NCBI GenBank assembly: GCA_964016885.1
Contig: OZ024753.1
Coordinates: 33,294,001-33,358,000 of the forward strand
Length of the DNA: 64,000 bases
Source of the DNA: Eledone cirrhosa
Taxonomy: Eukaryota
Reading direction: 5' to 3'
In this document: piece by piece, positions 11,555 through 25,558 of the stretch
Numbering within the stretch: the stretch's first letter is position 1
Layout: the number at the start of each line of letters is the position of its first letter
Position numbers and translations under genes: made by a program
The notes under the pieces: generated by a model
What the model saw: only the letters and a program-made list of their open reading frames with translations
What the model was told of the DNA's origin: nothing
Databases searched by the model: none

Positions 11555-11658
11555 CAGGGTGTGTCCCCAAAATGTATATGCACTTTGATTACCTGTACAG
11601 TGCAATATTTATTAGAATGCTGTTAAAGTGTGTATACATTTTGGGGGGACACCTTTTA
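11555..11658. mobile_element. Tc1/mariner-type MITE
   Basis: TIRs cagggtgt(gt)ccccaaaatgtata / tatacattttggggggacacc; related copy at 29311. Confidence 0.6.
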
Positions 11659-14127
11659 TATAATCACTGAGATGAGTTGTGTAGCCTGAAGTGTGATATA
11701 TCTGATATTTTTGGTTATCTCATGCAAGTCACTGACAAATAAAGCCTGGACAGGATTTATCTAACTAAAACTTATAACAATATTTGGTGAGCTTCCCTTT
11801 GTCATTTTCTATGCCAAAACTCATCTTAGAAAAAATGCTGTATCTCTATTGGTCAATTAAACATTGTTGTATATGTTACATGAATGTTTAGAAGCAACAG
11901 ACATTTGGTGAAAAACTGAATAGTATTGACAAAAGAGCTTAGCTTAACTCTGCAAATTTTTTTTTTTTCTTACTTCTTTTGATTCCTAGGATAGAATACT
12001 GTCATGTGGTTTTTGATTTTGCTCTTTATATACTGAGTTCAAATCCTGTCAAGATCAACTTAGCCATTATTCCATTTGAGGTCAATATGATAAAGTACCA
12101 ATCAATTTAACTTCTTAGCCATACAACCATGCCTCCTCTTAAAAGCGACTCTACACAATATATGTAACATTTAACATGAAGTCTTCTGGGACCCTAAACA
12201 CTTATCCATAAATTTCATAAAAATATGGAAATATTGATTATTTATTAGAAATATAAATAATAATTTGTACTTTAGGTAAAAGGTTAGCAATTTTAAGGAA
12301 GGGAATATTGATTCAATCCACTCCAGTACTTGACAGGTATCATATTTTATTGATCTCAATAGGATAAAGGCAAAGTTGAGCTCAGCTGGATTTGATCTCA
12401 ATGTTAAGAGCCAGCAAAATACCGATATGCACTTGTCCAATGCTATAACGACTTTGCCTATCCATCAGCCTCATAAATAAATAAAAGTTTTATTTATTTT
12501 ATTTATTTTTGAAAAACAAAATACTCTGATCAGAGACTTTTTAGTAAATGTGTATATCTTGCATAAAATGCTTCTATTACAGTACTCTGTTATAGGTTCC
12601 AAACTTATCACTAAAACCACTTTATAGATAATAATACATTAGTAGAGAACAGTGATAATATCAGACATAGAATTAATCACATCAAAAACGATTCTGGTAT
12701 TCTGCTCTTGGCTATTTTATAATGTTAAAGAAAATCACTAGCTGCTTTTAATAGAATGTTGTCTATCCCTCCAAGGGTGGTGATGATGGTGGATAGTGGA
12801 ATTAATAAACTTCTTCACAAATTGTCTATCATCTTCACTGGATTGTCTGTCATGGATTTGAACTGAGAAACTGTCACTACTGCCATCACCCAGAATTAAG
12901 AATTACTTGGTAGTATGTACCATATTTCATTCAAGGTTTTAAGTACCCATGTCATCACGAGCAGGCATAGACAACCTTTCAACCCTCAAGCCCTTGATTC
13001 AATGGAGTATTCTATAGAGATAGAGGGAAGGCTGTGCCAACACTGGGCTAATGCTATCTTTATCAATCCTGAAAGGATGAAAGACAAAGTCAAACTCAAT
13101 TTGTTTGGGATTTGAATTCAGAGAGCAGGGACATACAATGTATTCTTTCCAATACTCTAACAATCAACTGCTTTTTGAATTGTCAATAATTAGGTGGACC
13201 ACTGGTTTTCCAGTACCTATGGTTTTAGATAGGTGTCAAATTCTCTGTTTTACCAGTGTAACACTGGTCATATAGTAATAATTCAGGTTGGAAACACTAA
13301 AAAAGAAAAGAATTGTAGTGCTAGGGTTAATGTGAAACAGTTGAAGAATTTTAAAGCTATTTAGAGATTTAAAAAATATTTTTCAACCAGGTATGTTGAA
13401 AACCACACTACGCATTTAGAACTGTGTAAAATGTGGACCCATGGAAATAAAAAGATTTAAAAAGCTGATCTACTTTTAGTTCCAATTCAGTTTATCTTAA
13501 ATGAAAATAAAGTTTGAAAATCACTGCTTTATCTATTTAGAATATTTTCTTTTTACAGTAAAGAAACAGGATTTTATATTTTAGCAAACTAATTCACACT
13601 TGAATTATAAATTCTTTTTCCCTTCTCTAGCTCAATAAGATAAACAGTAGATTGATTAAAAGAAAATAAATGAAGTGTAAGATAAAGAAATAGATTAGAT
13701 TCATGATAACGTTGTTGGCTGGTTCATAACCTTAAGTTGTAGTTCTAGTAAAAACATATCTGATATGTACAACCAGATCATGATAAAACATTGCCCTATC
13801 TTACTCAACATTTTTCTCCATCACTCTACAACATTGTTTGACTTAGAGAAGATAAAATATGTAAAAAAAAATATACTCAACTAAATGATAAAAGCATTCT
13901 AGAAATTTGACAATTTTATTTTTGATTGAGCAGAAAATTTATTTATTTTACAGCTTATCATCAACAACAAAAATCTAATTGGATCTATACAAAAAATGAG
14001 GGAACTTCTACATGATCTTCTGACTTGATAAAAATAGCAGCCAAATTGAGGTGTTAAACTAAATCAAGTAATCACTCAAGAAGACCAAAGTGGGATTTGA
14101 ATTCAGATGCAAAAATCCAGCGCATAT

Positions 14128-14333
14128 ATGAAGGTATGTTGAAAAGATCGTAGGCTGACTATGAAGAGGTGATGCTAGAGCTGTGAAACCTTGCTTGCAT
14201 TAATTTCAACTCTTTTTATTAATAACTGCATTATTTTTTTTCCAGGGTCTATGTTGAAAAATAAACCTCATTTGGTCATTCCATAAGAGTATCTTGGTCA
14301 GCATATTAACTTTTCAGCCTATAATACCTTTCA
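14128..14333. mobile_element. Degraded mariner-type MITE
   Basis: Imperfect TIRs tatgaaggtatgttgaaaag ... cttttcagcctata. Confidence 0.35.
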
Positions 14334-15004
14334 GTTGACCCTTGTCCACAAAGCATCTCATCCCACACTCTTATCATTTGACCAGCCTTGAAATAGTTCT
14401 TTATTTAACAACCCCAGTAGGATGATAAGCATTGTAGACCTTCTTGCAGATATGACTTTGTAACCACATTGCTATACTTATGATTATTTAATATAAATAA
14501 CCATTTGTATCTTATTTAGAATATGTATACCATAACATTGCCTATCATACGATCTGACTAAAACAGTTAGTATTGGGAATAAGGCATTTGCTGAAAAACA
14601 ACTGCCACAAAAAGTCCCATCTAACCCATGCTAGCTTCGAAACATCAACGTAAAAAAGATAATGATGACAGCTTTGGAGTTTAATTTGATGTCTGTAATC
14701 ACCTGTGTCTAAATGAAGTGTTAATTGATTTGAAAATACAGGAAGTAATTTTTTGCTAGAGGTGATAAATAAAGAATAAATTTTGTATTCATTACAGGTA
14801 TATAAATATATATGCAATACATCATACATATATATCATATATATATAGAGACTTACACACACATTAATATCTCTCTATATCTCCTTCATTATTTATATAT
14901 ATATATTTTATTTTTCAAAATGGCTGACTTAATACACACATGCTTTTTCTCACAATTTTTTTTTTTTCTTCTATCTTTCTATTTCATATTTTGATTCTCA
15001 TTCT

Positions 15005-15042
15005 ATCTTCTGATGGATGACTAGTGTCTGAAATGTAAAGAT
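15005..15042 (+). ncRNA. Degenerate stem-III-less minimal hammerhead in PLE 3'-end relic (~14950-15120)
   Basis: atctt-CTGATGG-stem-GAAA-TGTA-aagat; stem I atctt/aagat pairs; one core mismatch. Confidence 0.5.
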
Positions 15043-15183
15043 TCTATATCAAGCATTAAACAAACATATTTCTTCATTGTACTGTGTTGTTTGCTTTCTT
15101 GTTTCCATTTACATTTTGTATATATATATATATATATATAAATTCAAAATATTAACAAAAATAGAACTTCTTGTGATCAAGTA

Positions 15184-15250
15184 TATTTTATTATACATAT
15201 TTCAGAGGTACTGAACTAACTTCAACAGTACGTCCTCATCAGATAAAATA
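15184..15250 (-). ncRNA. Minimal hammerhead of a second PLE family (relic 15141-15420)
   Basis: tattttat-CTGATGA-ggacgtactg..cagtacctct-GAAA-TATGTA-TA-ataaaata on the minus strand. Confidence 0.75.
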
Positions 15251-15416
15251 AGATGATGCATGACATACCCTGACATAGTAGGTCGTTAAGATCCAGTCAT
15301 GGTAGTGAGTAAGATATGACAAAACTCAATATTTATATACCTTAAATCAGTTGAGTGCTTCCAATCTATTGTAAAACTAATTCTTTGATTTATTCATTGA
15401 ACCTTCGTTTAACCTT

Positions 15417-15469
<53 letters not shown>

Positions 15470-16604
15470 CATCAGCAGAAAAATGCACACATAAATCAAA
15501 TACATAAAATGAGCAGCCAACTACATCTTTAGATATTTTCAGCCACTTTCTGGCACACAATTTCATGCATTAAGGTCTTATCAGTTTGTGAAATAGATTG
15601 AAGAACTGCTATGTTGCTAATATACATGTGAGAAAATATCCTAACAAAGAATGAACAGAAATAAATAAACAACTGCCAGGTAACTAAGATAAAAGACATT
15701 GTAAACTGTGAAACGGGTTTATATATATATATATGTACAGTGTTTAGTCCGTTTTTCTGTTGTTTTTACCCACCCTGTTTGATTCATTTAATGAGCTTAG
15801 TTATGCAGGACACTTTTTTCAAATTGATACATATATATATTGTGTGTGTTCAAACAAGCTGGAACTGCTTGGTGCTTCAGTTAGGATTTTACATATCTCT
15901 ATACCCAATTTGCATCTTCCCATACATTGAGTATTTCCAAGATTAGTGGGCCTGCCTGATCTCAGCAATGCAAACCAGTGTATTATACATAAACATAAAA
16001 TTTGTGCCTACATATACAAATCTAATATATATATATAATACACCTAGATAAACGTATACAGATAAATATATGTCTGAGTGCATGTATATGTATAAATACA
16101 CACATACATATATATACACACATACAGGTATTCACAAAACTAAGCATCACACAAACACATAAGAAATGTGTTATAGGACTAAGAAGAAAGGGAAAAGATC
16201 TAATACTGTTGATTATTTTTTACAGTTTTTACAAATGAACCAAAAAATCCCAAAGATGATTAATTCTTAACTTGAATTCTAAATCGAAACTGCAAGGTAG
16301 TGAAATTATATATAATTGAAGATAAATGCATTGCTTCAGTCTCATATATTGGTGAATATTTCGAACTTAGTAGTGTTAGTGTTTTTGTTGCTGTTTTTTT
16401 CTTTGTGTTGTTATCTTTGTGAGAATTGTAGAATGATTAGATTAGTTTTTTTCCTTTACTTGCTAAAATTCGAAGTCTAACTGAAATAAGTGAGATGCTA
16501 TTATGTTTATGTGTGTGATAAATTAACTTGTGTGTGTAAATATACATATCATCATCATCGTTTTTACACCCGCTTTTCCGTTTTTCCATGCTTGCATGGG
16601 TTGG

Positions 16605-16653
<49 letters not shown>

Positions 16654-17176
16654 GCAAGTGGAAAACTTAATAATTTTTTGTTTCATCTCTTTCCAAGTGC
16701 CATCTCTTCAGGGGCAGGGTTATGATTTGATTGACATGTAGGGGAGTGAGGTAAAGTGAAGAACTTGGTGATGTAGTAGGGGAGAGAATGGTTTTAGTGA
16801 TTTTTTAAGGTTTCTATCTTGGAGTTGATCTCAGTTCAAGTGACTCAAAGTCATAAAGAATCTGGCTGTAAGTGTGTGTGTGTGTGTGTGTGTGTGTGTA
16901 AGTGTACACAGAATAAGTACTGGTGAAACTTTAATTTGTGCATGACTGAGCGAATTCTTTGAAATTTTCAGTTGCTTGAACTGAGTAGCACCTTGGGCAA
17001 ATGTCTTCTACGATATAATCAGGTTGACCAATGGCTCATGAATTACATTTGATACGTGGAAGTAATGAACTTGTGTATGTATGTATGTGTGAAAAATAAA
17101 CTGAAAATATTACGACAAAATGGTACAGAACAATGAGGATATATATTAGTTTAACCCTTGATATATTAGGAAAATA

Positions 17177-17214
17177 GTCTTGATGCTTCAGGCATTAGTC
17201 TTTCATCAGATGAC
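17177..17214 (-). ncRNA. Degenerate stem-III-less hammerhead in PLE 3'-end relic (~17090-17280)
   Basis: gtcat-CTGATGA-aagactaatgcct-GAAG-CATC-aagac on the minus strand. Confidence 0.5.
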
Positions 17215-17924
17215 AGAATGGGAGATAAAAGTAGAAGCAGAAAGACACAGAAGAGTGAGACGAGGAAGAAATGGACTTTTTTTTTTTTTTTAGAAAAAGC
17301 ATGTGCGTGTTTAGTTATCCATTTATGATTTAGAAAGGATTTCTGAAGAGCAACAGAAAGAGACTGCAGTTGAATAAGGGTACTCAATACATACATAGAA
17401 AGGACACATAATTTGTTACATATAGAAGTGAATTCTCCAGGACTAGAACTGCTTTATTCATTTGAAATTATACATATTTGTGTGCGTAAAAGTATGTGGG
17501 TGTATATTTACTTTTTGTCATATCGTGTTACTTAGTGCTTTGGCACATAAATATCAATATCATAAATTCCAGATTTCTAATCTACAAAAAAAAAAAAAAA
17601 AAATGTGTAATTACTTCGCTGGTTGGGGTTGGTATGATTAACTATAATTCTTTGAAGTTGGTACCCCAGCAGGGCTGGAGCTAATCACTGAAGCCAGTAA
17701 CAGGATAAATGAATATATATATTGATGGCTGGCTGTTTCTATCTTTGAATGTCTTTCTCTGTACATCCTCTTTTTTCTTCATTAGATATTTTTCAACCAT
17801 AAAACCAGTTTTTAACATTTTACTCTCCCTAAGGTTCATATAACCAATAAATACAATTTTGTCAGAATTTTCAACATTAGTTTTGTTATTTATATATAAT
17901 TTTTACATTATATACAAGTTTTAG

Positions 17925-18019
<95 letters not shown>

Positions 18020-18106
18020 AAATATATGTAAATATATATATGTAAATATATATATGTAAATGTATATATATATATATATGTGTGAAAATATATATATATA
18101 TATTTT

Positions 18107-18148
<42 letters not shown>

Positions 18149-18203
18149 TACATTTACATATATACATTTACATATATACATTTACATATATATATATTTA
18201 CAT

Positions 18204-18317
18204 ATAAGATCAATACTGGAAAAAAAGAACCACTGGTTCTCCTTGTGAATGAAAAATAAAAACCAAAACAATAATAATTGCTGAAGGGAAGAACATACAC
18301 ACACATGTATGTGTGTG

Positions 18318-18366
<49 letters not shown>

Positions 18367-18396
18367 GTGTGTGTGTGTATGTATGTATATATATAC

Positions 18397-18431
<35 letters not shown>

Positions 18432-18467
18432 GAAATATGTGTGTGTGTGTGTATGTATATATATACA

Positions 18468-18504
<37 letters not shown>

Positions 18505-18699
18505 GTGTATATATATACATATATACATACACACACAAACATATATATATATATATACACACACATATATATGTGTGTGTATGTGTGTTAGAGAGAGTGT
18601 GTGCGTGCGTTCTTCCGTTCAGCAATTATTATTGTTTTGGTTTTTATTTTTCATTCACAAGGAGAACCAGTGGTTCTTTTTTTCCTGTATTGATCTTAT
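18204..18699. repeat. ~90-bp inverted repeat (18204-18294/18609-18699) enclosing a TA/CA microsatellite
   Basis: ataagatcaatac...gaagaac vs gttcttcc...gtattgatcttat. Confidence 0.8.
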
Positions 18700-19559
18700 C
18701 TTATAGAGTTTTCTTATGTAAGTCTGTGTCATTCATGCAATGAATGTATGAATGAATGTGACTAAAGCCAGTGAGGTGAAGTTGACGATGTTGTTTTTCA
18801 TTGAGTTATCTAAGGATGATACATTGCTTTAGGTCAGGATATATATCGCATTCTGGGAAATGTTGTTTGTCATTCTAAGAGACAGTTTGCTGAGAATATA
18901 ATATGGGAGAGATAGATAGATAGATAGACTTATAGAGATAGATAGAGCTAAATAGATAGAGAGAGAGAGAGAGGAATCGGTGGTGGTGAGATGAAAATAA
19001 CTGAGTATCTTTTGTTCTGATTACATTAACTGTTTATTAATAATAAAAAATATAAAAATCTGGATGTGATAAAAATGATAATTACATAATTCTTTCTAAC
19101 AGTGACAGAAGGCCAGCAATTTGAAGGGAAGGGGAAAGTCGACTAAATCGACCCCAGTACGTTACTGGTACTTTATTTTATCGACACCCAATAATAGTGA
19201 TAAATGTATGGTCAATTCTTATGTGAAATATCTGAGAGAGTTGACAGAGATAGTAACTAGGAATGGACTAGGAAAGGTGACTTAAAAGTTGAAACCGAGA
19301 CCCTTATTTTGCAGCCCAGGAACAGATACTGAGAACGAACTATATCAATTTCAGTATTGACAAGTCAGCAAATTCCCCACTTTGTAGGGTCTGTGGTGAG
19401 AAAGGTGAGACAAAAAACCACATTATTAGTGAATGTAAGATGGTTGACCAGAAAGAGTAAAAGAGAAGGCACATCAACACTGCCAGCTTCATTGGGAGCT
19501 CTGTCATAAGTAGGACATGAGCAGAAGTGAGAAATGGTTAGAGCTCGTTTATGTTTGTC

Positions 19560-19750
19560 ACCTCCGTGATTTGCATCTTTTCAGTGTGTGGATATAATGT
19601 TTATCTCGATGTTCTCTAATGTGCCCCTATGTTCTACTTTGGCATGTTGTTGGAGTACTGATGAGTGTTTCCCATTCTGGGGTTCTCGATAGTGTTCACT
19701 TATCCTTACTCCTATGCTGTGGGCTGTTTCACCTATGAATGTTATGTTCT
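19560..19750 (-). pseudogene. GIY-YIG endonuclease remnant of another PLE family
   Basis: Manual translation: NITFIGETAHSIGVRISEHYREPQNGKHSSVLQQHAKVEH (YIGET..R..EH..S.L..H pattern). Confidence 0.7.
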
Positions 19751-19896
19751 CATGACTTCACTGAAAACCAACAGGTGTGTGTGTTTTTGTTGGCAGCATG
19801 ACCCTCCCAAAGTATAACAATATCTGTCTCAACACACGTTTTCAGATAAGAAATCTTGCAAAACAAATTCAAAAACGAAGTATATACATATATATA

Positions 19897-20080
19897 TAAT
19901 ATAAAATCAAAAGATGGTTAAAAGAGTTCCATGTATTTTAAAATTATTATGAAATACATGGAACTCTTTTAGCCATTTTTTGATTTTATATTACTTATAC
20001 TCCAGTCCTATAAACTGGTGAGTGCTACTTATCTGATATTTGCATTGCTTTATTGTGTTACAATAAAACTCACCTCCTAC

Positions 20081-20082
<2 letters not shown>
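19897..20082 (+). mobile_element. Miniature hairpin + tail relic of the main PLE family
   Basis: Diverged match to the region downstream of the HHR; arms 19897-19940/19949-19993; tail ends cacctcctacat|TA as at 929. Confidence 0.85.
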
Positions 20083-20130
<48 letters not shown>

Positions 20131-20168
20131 ACATATGTATATATATATATATATATATGCATATCTAC

Positions 20169-20209
<41 letters not shown>

Positions 20210-20731
20210 TATGTATATATATATATATACATATGTATATATATATGTACATATGTATATATATATATATGTACATATGTATATATATATATATGTACAT
20301 ATGTATATATATATATGTACATATATATATATATATATACATATATACATATGTATATATATATATACATATGTACATATGTATATATATATATATATGT
20401 ACATATGTATATATATATATACATATGTATATATATATATACATATGTACATATGTATATATATATATATATATATATACATATGTACATATGTATATAT
20501 ATATATATATGTACATATATATATATATATATATATATGTACATATATATATATATACATATGTATATATATATATATGTACATATGTATATATATATAT
20601 ACATATGTATATATATATACATATGTATATATATATATACATATGTATATATATATATACATATGTATATATATATATACATATGTATATATATATATAT
20701 ATATACTAGAGAAGAAATATATATATATATA
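20083..20731. repeat. Compound (TA)n array with TACATATGTA units
   Basis: Direct reading; same unit at 22149-22798. Confidence 0.95.
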
Positions 20732-22148
20732 CTAGAGAAGAAATTCCAAACATGGAAGCACGGCCTAGAATCAAAAGGCCTTAAAATTAACCTGGCTAAG
20801 ACTAAAGTTCTAGTTTGTAGGAAAGAAAATAAGGCGGCGGTCCCTTCTGGAAAATGGCCATGCTCAGTGTGTAGGAAAGGCGTAGTTAGAAACTCCATTT
20901 TATGTCCTAAATGCAAAGTATGGGTGCATAAAAGATGTAGTGGGATCACAGGTAAGCTAACTAAGAACATAGATTTTACATGTGGCCGGTGCTCTGGTGC
21001 AATAAGTAGCAGCAAGTGCCCACAAAATACCAGCTCCTTCAACTGCGCAGAGGGTTCTATAGAAATAGTGGACAGCTTCCATTACCTGGGTGACAAAATC
21101 AGCAGTGGGGGAGGGTGCTCTGAAAGTACAGTAGCTAGAGTCAGAACTGGATGGAAAAAGTTCAGAGAGCTTATACCACTATTAGCCGCTAGAGGGTTCT
21201 CCCTAAAAATGAAAGGCAGGTTATACGATGTCTGCATACGAACAGCAATGCTGCATGGCAGTGAGACCTGGGCATTGTGTGCAGAGGATATACGCAGACT
21301 AGAGAGGAACGAAGCTTGCATGCTCCGCTGGATGTGTAATAGTAATATACGTGAACGGCAAAGCATAAACGAACTAAGGAAAAAATTAGAAATAAGAGGG
21401 ATCAGATGTTGTTTACTCGAGAGAAGGTTACGTTGGTACGGTCACGTGATGCGCATGAAAGACGACAGCTGTATAACAAAGTGCAGGGCAATAAAGATAG
21501 ACGGTAGCCACGGTGTAGGCAGACCCAGAAAAACATGGGACGAGCTGATAAATTCCGACCTCACACGCTTACACCTCTCCAAGACAATGTCACTGGACCG
21601 AGACCTTTGGCGGTACTCAGTAATAGAGAAGACCCGCCTTACCTAAATACAAAGTAAAAACCTACTAGAGTCAGTAGGCATCTCTATCAAAACACACCCC
21701 CGTCCCCCACCTCCACCCCATCCACACCGCCCCTTTCAATGTAAAGTTATGTTGGTCCCACAACATCCAGGCCGAAACAAATGAGATCGTGTAGGTGTCA
21801 CGACAAAAAAACACACAGTCCACGCTGTAAATGTGGCCGTGTAGGCAACACGGTAAAAACCTCCCAGCCCCACACTGTAAATGTGGTTGGTGTTAGGAAG
21901 GGCATCCAGCTGTAGAAAACCCGCCAGACAGTCCACGCTGTAATGTGGCCGTGTAGGCAACACGGTAAAAACCTCCCAGCCCCACACTGTAAATGTGGTT
22001 GGTGTTAGGGAGGGCATCCAGCTGTAGAAAACCCGCCAGATAGTCCTATGCGAGCAAGATAAATCACTCTTGCCTCAAGTGGGAAAACCCTCGTCCAAAC
22101 CCATGCAAGCGTCGAACACGGACGTTAAACGTTGATGATGATGATGAT
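20732..22148 (+). mobile_element. RTE-clade LINE, 5'-truncated, (GAT)n tail, ~112-bp tandem duplication in 3' UTR
   Basis: LEKKFQTWK...HGSETW...LRWYGHV...GRPRKTW; matches 46293-47605. Confidence 0.92.
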
Positions 22149-22150
22149 AC

Positions 22151-22219
<69 letters not shown>

Positions 22220-22798
22220 CATACATATGTAAATATATATATATATATACATATGTATGTATATATATATGTAAACATATGTATGTATATATATATGTAC
22301 ATATGTATATATATATATATATACATATGTATATATATATATACATATGTACATATGTATATATATATACATATGTACATATGTATATATATATATACAT
22401 ATGTACATATGTATATATATATACATATGTACATATGTATATATATATATATATATATGTACATATGTATATATGTATATATATACATATATATATGTAC
22501 ATATGTATATATGTATATATATACATATATATATACATATGTACACATGTATATATATATATATATATACATATGTATATATATATATATACATATGTAT
22601 ATATATATACACATATGTATATATATATATACATATGTATATATATATATATATACATATGTATATATATATACATATGTGTATATATATATACATATGT
22701 GTATATATATATATATATATATGTACATATGTATATATATATATATATATGTACATATGTATATATATATATATATATATATATGTACATATGTATAT
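22149..22798. repeat. Compound (TA)n array with TACATATGTA units
   Basis: Direct reading. Confidence 0.95.
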
Positions 22799-23743
22799 AT
22801 CATCATCATCATCATCAACGTTTAACGTCCGTGTTCCACGGTTGCATGGGTTTGGACGGGGGTATTCCCACTTGAGGCAAGAGTGATTGTCTTGCTCGCA
22901 TAGGACTGTCTGGCAGGTTTTCTACAGTTGGATGCCCTTCCTAACACCAACCACATTTACAGTGTGGGTCTGGGAGGTTTTTACCGTGTTGCCTACACGG
23001 CCACATTACAGCGTGGACTGTGTGTTTTTTTGTCGTGACACCTACACGATCTCATTTGTTTCGGCCTGGATGGTGTGGCACCAACATAACTTTACATAGA
23101 AGGGGGCGGTGTGGATGGGGTTGGGGTGGTGGGACTGGAGTGTATTTTGTTAGAGATGCCTACTGACTGTAGTAGGTTTTACTTTGTATTTAGGTAAGGC
23201 GGGTCTTCTCTATTACTGAGTACCGCCAAAGGTCTCGGTCCAGTGACATTGTCTTGGTGAGGTGTAAGTGTGTGAGGTCGGAGTTTATCAGCTCGTCCCA
23301 GGTTTTTCTGGGTCTGCCTATTCCGTGGCTACCGTCTATCTTTATTGCCCTGCACTTTGTTATACAGCTATCGTCCTTCATGCGCATCACGTGACCATAC
23401 CAACATAGCCTTCTCTCTAGTAAACAACATCTGATCCCTCTTATTTCTAATTTTTTCCTTAGTTCGTTTATGCTTTGTCATTCACGTATATTACTATTAC
23501 ACATCCAGCGGAGCATGCAAGCTTCGTTGCTCTCTAGTCTGCGTATATCCTCTGCACATAATGCCCAGGTCTCACTGCCATGCAACATTGCTGTTCGTAT
23601 GCAGGCATCGTACAGCCTGCCTTTCATTTTTAGGGAGAACCCTTTAGCGGCTAATAGTGGTATAAGCTCTCTGAACTTTTTCAACCCAGTTCTGACTCTA
23701 GCTACTGTACTTTCAGAGCACCCTCCCCCACTGCTGATTTTGT
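22799..23743 (-). mobile_element. RTE-clade LINE, 5'-truncated
   Basis: Reverse-complement match to the 3' end of the full copy; (ATC)n at 22799. Confidence 0.92.
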
Positions 23744-24015
23744 ACATATATATATATATATATATCATTATGCCCTTGCCATTCTGAGTTCAAATCCCGC
23801 CGAGGTTAACTTTGCCTTTCATCCTTACGGGGTCGATAAAATAAAGTACCAGTAATGTACTGGGTAATTTTCTGGCCTTGTGCCAATAGTAGAAACAATT
23901 ATATATATATATATATACATATGTATATATATATATATATAAATTTATATGTACATATGTATATATATATAAATTTATATGTACATATGTATATATATAT
24001 AAATTTATATGTACA

Positions 24016-24074
<59 letters not shown>

Positions 24075-24379
24075 CTATCTTTAATGAAATGTAGCTCTGC
24101 AACTTAAGCAACCAAAAAATGTCGTTATTGAAATTTTGATTTACTTATTACCTAGAACATACTCCATAGCTGTTCCAACTGTTTTATGTAGATACAGCTT
24201 TGGAACTGTCTCTAGAATTGGTTCCAGGCTAATCACAATTAATTGCATCGGCTCAGCTTCGCAAACCATTATCCTTCAACTTATCTCAGACAAAACTTTT
24301 AGAATCACAAACATCTTAATTATAGTCACTCAGATTATTAGGAGTCTCGAAAAATATTGCCTGGCTTACAGATGACCAT

Positions 24380-24600
24380 AGCAATGATGATGAGGATGAT
24401 GAACGACGGGGATAACAATGATGATGATGATGATGATGATGATGGTGGTGGTGGCGATGATAGTGGTGGTGGCGCTGATGGTGGTGGTGGCGCTGATGGT
24501 AGTGATGGTGGTGGTGGTGGTGGTGGTGATGGTGATGATGGTTGTGACGCTGGTAATGATGATGATGATGATGGTGGTGGTGTGGTGGTGATGATGATAG
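24380..24600 (+). repeat. (GAT)n/(GGT)n trinucleotide tract
   Basis: Direct reading. Confidence 0.9.
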
Positions 24601-25558
24601 CATGATTAAAATATGATTTATCATTAGGATATATGGCGTTTAAATTTAATTACAAATTTCTAGACTTGTATCTTTCTTCAGAATTATTGTAATGAGATAA
24701 ATACACACCCACAAATATACAGGTGCATATATATACAAATATATACACACATATGCACACACAATATACTTTCACATACAAACATATGCATATACAACAA
24801 TATAATTATACACACGCACACACACACACATATATATAAAGAGAGAGAGAGAGAGAGACGGGAACATTCAAACATATACACATATGGACACAGCAATATA
24901 CTTACACATACAAACATATACACATATACAGTAATATATGGACACACACACACAAGCATATTCACAAAGATACACAATCACATACAGACACGTACATACA
25001 ACTATGTATACAAATACATACACAACCACATACAGATATATACATATAACCATATATATGCATACACTTTTTATGATGGATGGAATTTTAGATAAATATA
25101 AACACTTTAGACTAAGCAATTTTCTATTATAAAAGCAGGGGTGGGTTTGGGGAGAGAAATGTTATGGCAATTTTCGAGCAGGCTGGACGTTCAAGTAGGT
25201 GTAATGTGATAGTAAGGTAAGCATTGCTATTAAGCCAGGAAACATTGTTATGATTGTTTAGCCCTGGGTCAGGCTAAGGATCCAAGACATTTAAACAATG
25301 GTCATCGCATTTTATTTTCTTGAATAATTAGTGTAATCATGGTTTAGATATCTAAAAAAAAAAATGGTACTCTCTCAGAAGAAGTTAAAATGTGGGATAT
25401 TTGTGTGATGACTTCAATTAGAAGTAAAATACATGAAGGATAAACATCATTAAAAGTCTCATTGATACTATATTCCTATTCAAGAAGAAATGTGGACAAA
25501 GATAATAAAAAAAGTGTGGGAAGAAGAGTAACTCTCATTCACTAGAATCATTGACAGT

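Noticed and set aside
16225-16296. Possible short exon (ttttacag...aag|gtagtg)
   Set aside because: Splice-like signals only, with stops in the obvious frames and no supporting neighbours.
19658-19664. CTGATGA on the plus strand
   Set aside because: Antisense to a GIY-YIG coding remnant, with no hammerhead stems.
24316-24624. Poly-His and poly-Asp/Gly ORFs
   Set aside because: Frames of a (GAT/GGT)n tract.
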